A stretch of 64,000 nucleotides of DNA, from assembly GCA_965214095.1 (NCBI GenBank), contig OZ243938.1, positions 4,928,001-4,992,000 on the forward strand, given 5' to 3'. Position 1 is the first letter of the stretch. Every line of letters starts with the position of its first letter. The stretch is from Candidatus Poribacteria bacterium. Its GTDB lineage: Bacteria > Poribacteria > WGA-4E > WGA-3G. The position numbers and the translations under genes are program-made. Positions 61,371 to 64,000 of this stretch are shown in pieces. The notes beneath the pieces are model-generated. The model made no database searches and was not told where the DNA came from. It saw only the letters and a program-made list of their open reading frames with translations.

Positions 61371-61458
61371 ATATAAGTTGACACTTTCGCCCCACGGTAG
61401 GCGAGGTTTCCTAACCTCGCCGATGCAGAGTGTTCAAGTAATTTCAAAATCTACTATA
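61356..61458 (+). mobile_element. TATAGTG-ended MITE overlapping the selB 3' end
   Basis: First 25 nt identical to the 47192 element; contains GTAGGCGAGGTTTCCTAACCTCGCC. Confidence 0.75.
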
Positions 61459-61495
61459 AACAATCAATGGCTGCAATTTTCTTTATCTAACTTAT

Positions 61496-61589
61496 GGGGG
61501 AGGATAGGGTCTGGTGGCTCTACCGGTCTTCAAAACCGGCTTGTCCATGCAAGTGGATAGGTGGGTTCGATTCCCACCCTCTCCCGCCA
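61496..61589 (+). tRNA. selC: tRNA-Sec (anticodon UCA)
   Basis: 8-bp acceptor stem, 6-bp D-stem with 4-nt loop, CCGGT-CTTCAAA-ACCGG anticodon arm, long variable arm, 5-bp T-stem with TTCGA, GCCA end. Confidence 0.96.
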
Positions 61590-61613
61590 TTTTACAAGTG
61601 AACCATTACAAGT

Positions 61614-61830
61614 AATACCATTTCTGAAAAATAACTTCTCATTAAGAAAGGAACCGTTCGTAGTCGCGCAATTCATTGCGCCTCTTACATTCTCCATTTT
61701 AAGTTATACCATTTCTAATAGAAAACACCGCATTTTTGTAGCACAAACTGCCAGTTTGTGCAGTCCTTCAAGGCATTCATAACAAATGTTAATGGGATAA
61801 ACATTTATAGAAATGGTATAAAATTGGAAT
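61614..61830. mobile_element. Two adjacent or nested TACCATTTCT-ended MITEs, each with a different GTAG hairpin
   Basis: Inner element 61705-61820 has a perfect 13-bp TIR TATACCATTTCTA; the outer resembles the 38279 family. Confidence 0.6.
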
Positions 61831-61838
61831 ACAAAACG

Positions 61839-62729
61839 ATGAGACCCCTCCCAATTGTCACCGCAAATGCTACCAAACGCAGACACCCATCATGGATTAA
61901 GGCTCGTATCCCTGGCGGTAATAACTACACTGAGTTAAAAAAACTTATGCGTGAGTTACAACTGCATACTGTCTGTGAAGAAGCGCGTTGTCCAAACATT
62001 GGGGAATGCTGGAACAGTCGCACTGCAACTTTTATGATTTTAGGTGATGTATGCACACGTCGATGCATGTTCTGTGCAGTGAAGAAAGGAAATCCCGATA
62101 GTGTGGATTCTGATGAACCAAGACGACTTGGTGAAGCAGTCGCACACTTGAAGTTGAATCACGTGGTGATTACTTCCGTTAACCGTGATGATTTACCGGA
62201 TGGTGGTGCATCCATATTTGCAGACTGCATCTATGAGGCACGCAAGCAACGACCAGATTGTACCGTTGAAGTGCTTATTCCCGATTTAGAAGGAAATTGG
62301 GATGCACTTGAAGTCATTGTTAATGCAGAGCCAGAGGTACTCAATCACAATACCGAAACAGTGGAACGCCTCTACCGACGCGCACGTCCCTACGCAAATT
62401 ACCAACAAACCCTGACACTCCTCAAAACAGGTAAAAAACTAAATCCAAATATACTCACAAAATCGGGACTCATGGTAGGCTTGGGTGAAACAGTGGTTGA
62501 ACTCTTGGAAACTATGCAGGATATTCAGCACACTGGATGCGATATTCTGACTATCGGACAATATCTCTCACCATCCCCACGCCATCTACCCATTCAACGT
62601 TACTACACCCCAGAAGAGTTTGCCGAACTAAAAGATGCAGGTTTAGAAATGGGATTTCGGCATGTTGAATCAGGTCCCTTAGTCCGCAGTTCCTATCACG
62701 CAAAAGAACAAGTATCTCTTTCAAGTTGA
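61839..62729 (+). CDS. lipA: Lipoyl synthase
   Basis: CEEARCPNIGEC, CTRRCMFC, TSVNRDDL, VRSSY. Confidence 0.97.
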   Translation: MRPLPIVTANATKRRHPSWIKARIPGGNNYTELKKLMRELQLHTVCEEARCPNIGECWNSRTATFMILGDVCTRRCMFCAVKKGNPDSVDSDEPRRLGEAVAHLKLNHVVITSVNRDDLPDGGASIFADCIYEARKQRPDCTVEVLIPDLEGNWDALEVIVNAEPEVLNHNTETVERLYRRARPYANYQQTLTLLKTGKKLNPNILTKSGLMVGLGETVVELLETMQDIQHTGCDILTIGQYLSPSPRHLPIQRYYTPEEFAELKDAGLEMGFRHVESGPLVRSSYHAKEQVSLSS

Positions 62730-62819
62730 TTGTAGTCAGTATCTCATAGATCAATTGAAGTGTGGTGACTCCGTGTCCACCCAGATACCATACGCGTCTT
62801 CGGGTAAGTAAAGACCCCA

Positions 62820-63129
62820 CCATGGGCGTCAATTTAAGGGGAAGGACGCGCTATAATCCCAGGCCGGTAGGTTCGGTTTCCTAACCGAACCATAGGCGTC
62901 AATTTAGGGAATAACGCTATAATCCCAGGCCGGTAGGTTCGGTTTCCTAACCGAACCATAGGTGTCAATTTAGGAGGAATAACCCTATAATCCCAGGCTG
63001 GTAGGTTCGGTTTCCTAACCGAACCGGATCTTCCGAGAGTACTGTCTATCAAAGAGTTTGGCGCAAACCCGGTTCGGTTAGGAAACCGAACCTACCGACA
63101 CGGGAAGGACGCTAAATTGATGCCTATGG
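62820..63129. mobile_element. CCATAGG-TIR MITE with triplicated left arm and 16-18 bp imperfect flanking repeats
   Basis: Arms start at 62820, 62890 and 62956; right TIR 63112-63129. Confidence 0.8.
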
Positions 63130-63173
63130 GTAAGTACAAAAACCCCACATTCCAATAAGAGTCAGTTTATTTC

Positions 63174-63202
63174 TTGACTCAATATATCTTTCACTATAGA
63201 AT
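63174..63202 (+). promoter_or_regulatory. Sigma70-type promoter
   Basis: TTGACT-N17-TAGAAT upstream of a GGAGG RBS. Confidence 0.55.
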
Positions 63203-63241
63203 TATCAATACTATTAAACAAACAATTGGAGGATTCTGTTG

Positions 63242-64000
63242 ATGGAAAAAACAGTGTGGGTTGTTGGAACTATGGATACCAAGGGTGATGAATTTGCTTA
63301 TATCACAGATCTAATAAAATCAAGTGGTGTCCCAACATGTGTTGTTGATACAGGCATCTTAGGAGAACCGCAGTTAATACCCGATATTTCTGCTGATGAG
63401 GTTGCAAAAGCAGGCGGTTCCTCTTTGAAAGCATTGCAAGCGGAAGGGGACAGAGGCAATAGCGTGACTGTGATGGCACAAGGGGCAGCAACTCTCGTCG
63501 CTGAAAAACACGCTGCCGGTGAGATTGGTGGAATAATTTCACTCGGTGGTTCCGCTGGTACTACTATCGGTACGGCTGCAATGCAAGCATTGCCAGTGGG
63601 TGTACCAAAAATCATGGTTTCAACCTTGGCATCAGGTGATACAAGTCCTTATGTGCAGTCCAAAGATATTTGCATGATGTATTCTGTAGTTGATATTGCT
63701 GGCATAAATCGTCTGTCACGGCAGATACTTGCCAACGCTGCTGCAGCTATAATCGGCATGGTTACGGCTGATATTCCGGAAGCATCAGATGACAAACCTC
63801 TCATTGCTGCAACAATGTTCGGTGTAACGACTCCGTGCGTTACAAAAGCACGAGAGATCCTTGAAGCCGCTGGCTATGAAGTACTTGTCTTTCATGCAAC
63901 AGGCACTGGTGGACGTGCAATGGAAGACCTTGTCAAGGGTGGATTCCTTGCAGGTGTGCTTGACGTAACCACAACGGAACTTGCCGATGAATTGGTCGGC
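63242..64000 (+). CDS. Tm-1-like ATP-binding (UPF0261) protein, truncated by the window end
   Basis: Manual translation: MEKTVWVVGTMDTKGDE..., LPVGVPKIMVST, MMYSVVDIAGIN, TMFGVTTPCV, FHATGTGG. Confidence 0.88.
   Translation, partial: MEKTVWVVGTMDTKGDEFAYITDLIKSSGVPTCVVDTGILGEPQLIPDISADEVAKAGGSSLKALQAEGDRGNSVTVMAQGAATLVAEKHAAGEIGGIISLGGSAGTTIGTAAMQALPVGVPKIMVSTLASGDTSPYVQSKDICMMYSVVDIAGINRLSRQILANAAAAIIGMVTADIPEASDDKPLIAATMFGVTTPCVTKAREILEAAGYEVLVFHATGTGGRAMEDLVKGGFLAGVLDVTTTELADELVG

Noticed and set aside
61496-61620. tRNA-Sec as an island attachment site
   Set aside because: No integrase and no duplicated tRNA 3' end seen in the window.
62820-63025. Possible CRISPR array
   Set aside because: The units are whole reiterated MITE arms with near-identical 'spacers'.

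Overview
Bacterial chromosome segment of about 45 genes. The gene content (LamG proteins with a C-terminal TWGxIK tail, Uma2, Rpn, DUF1501, many Gfo/Idh/MocA and WD40 proteins) is suggestive of Candidatus Poribacteria, but that is inference only. Housekeeping genes: thrC (partial), recD2, msrA, argB, lepA, two lepB, selB, tRNA-Sec, lipA. There are also many sugar-catabolic genes, a tricorn protease and a phosphonate pair (ADH + phnA). Main points of interest: (1) a hidden ~842-aa surface selenolipoprotein (six Ig-like repeats, then a UxxC peroxiredoxin-like domain with a SECIS-like hairpin) sandwiched between two lepB copies directly upstream of selB-selC; (2) a conserved C-terminal K-x4-W-[GA]-x-[IL]-K tail on five secreted proteins of three unrelated types, a candidate sorting signal; (3) a stand-alone DarT followed by a DarT-macrodomain fusion; (4) an IS5/ISL2-type element precisely interrupting a secreted metallopeptidase; (5) a frameshifted HEPN/coiled-coil/RecJ-C/HTH gene; (6) a diverse set of GTAG-REP hairpins carried inside TIR-bounded miniature elements, including a three-level nest and an element with 16-18 bp flanking direct repeats. 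All family assignments were made by eye from motifs; no searches were run.
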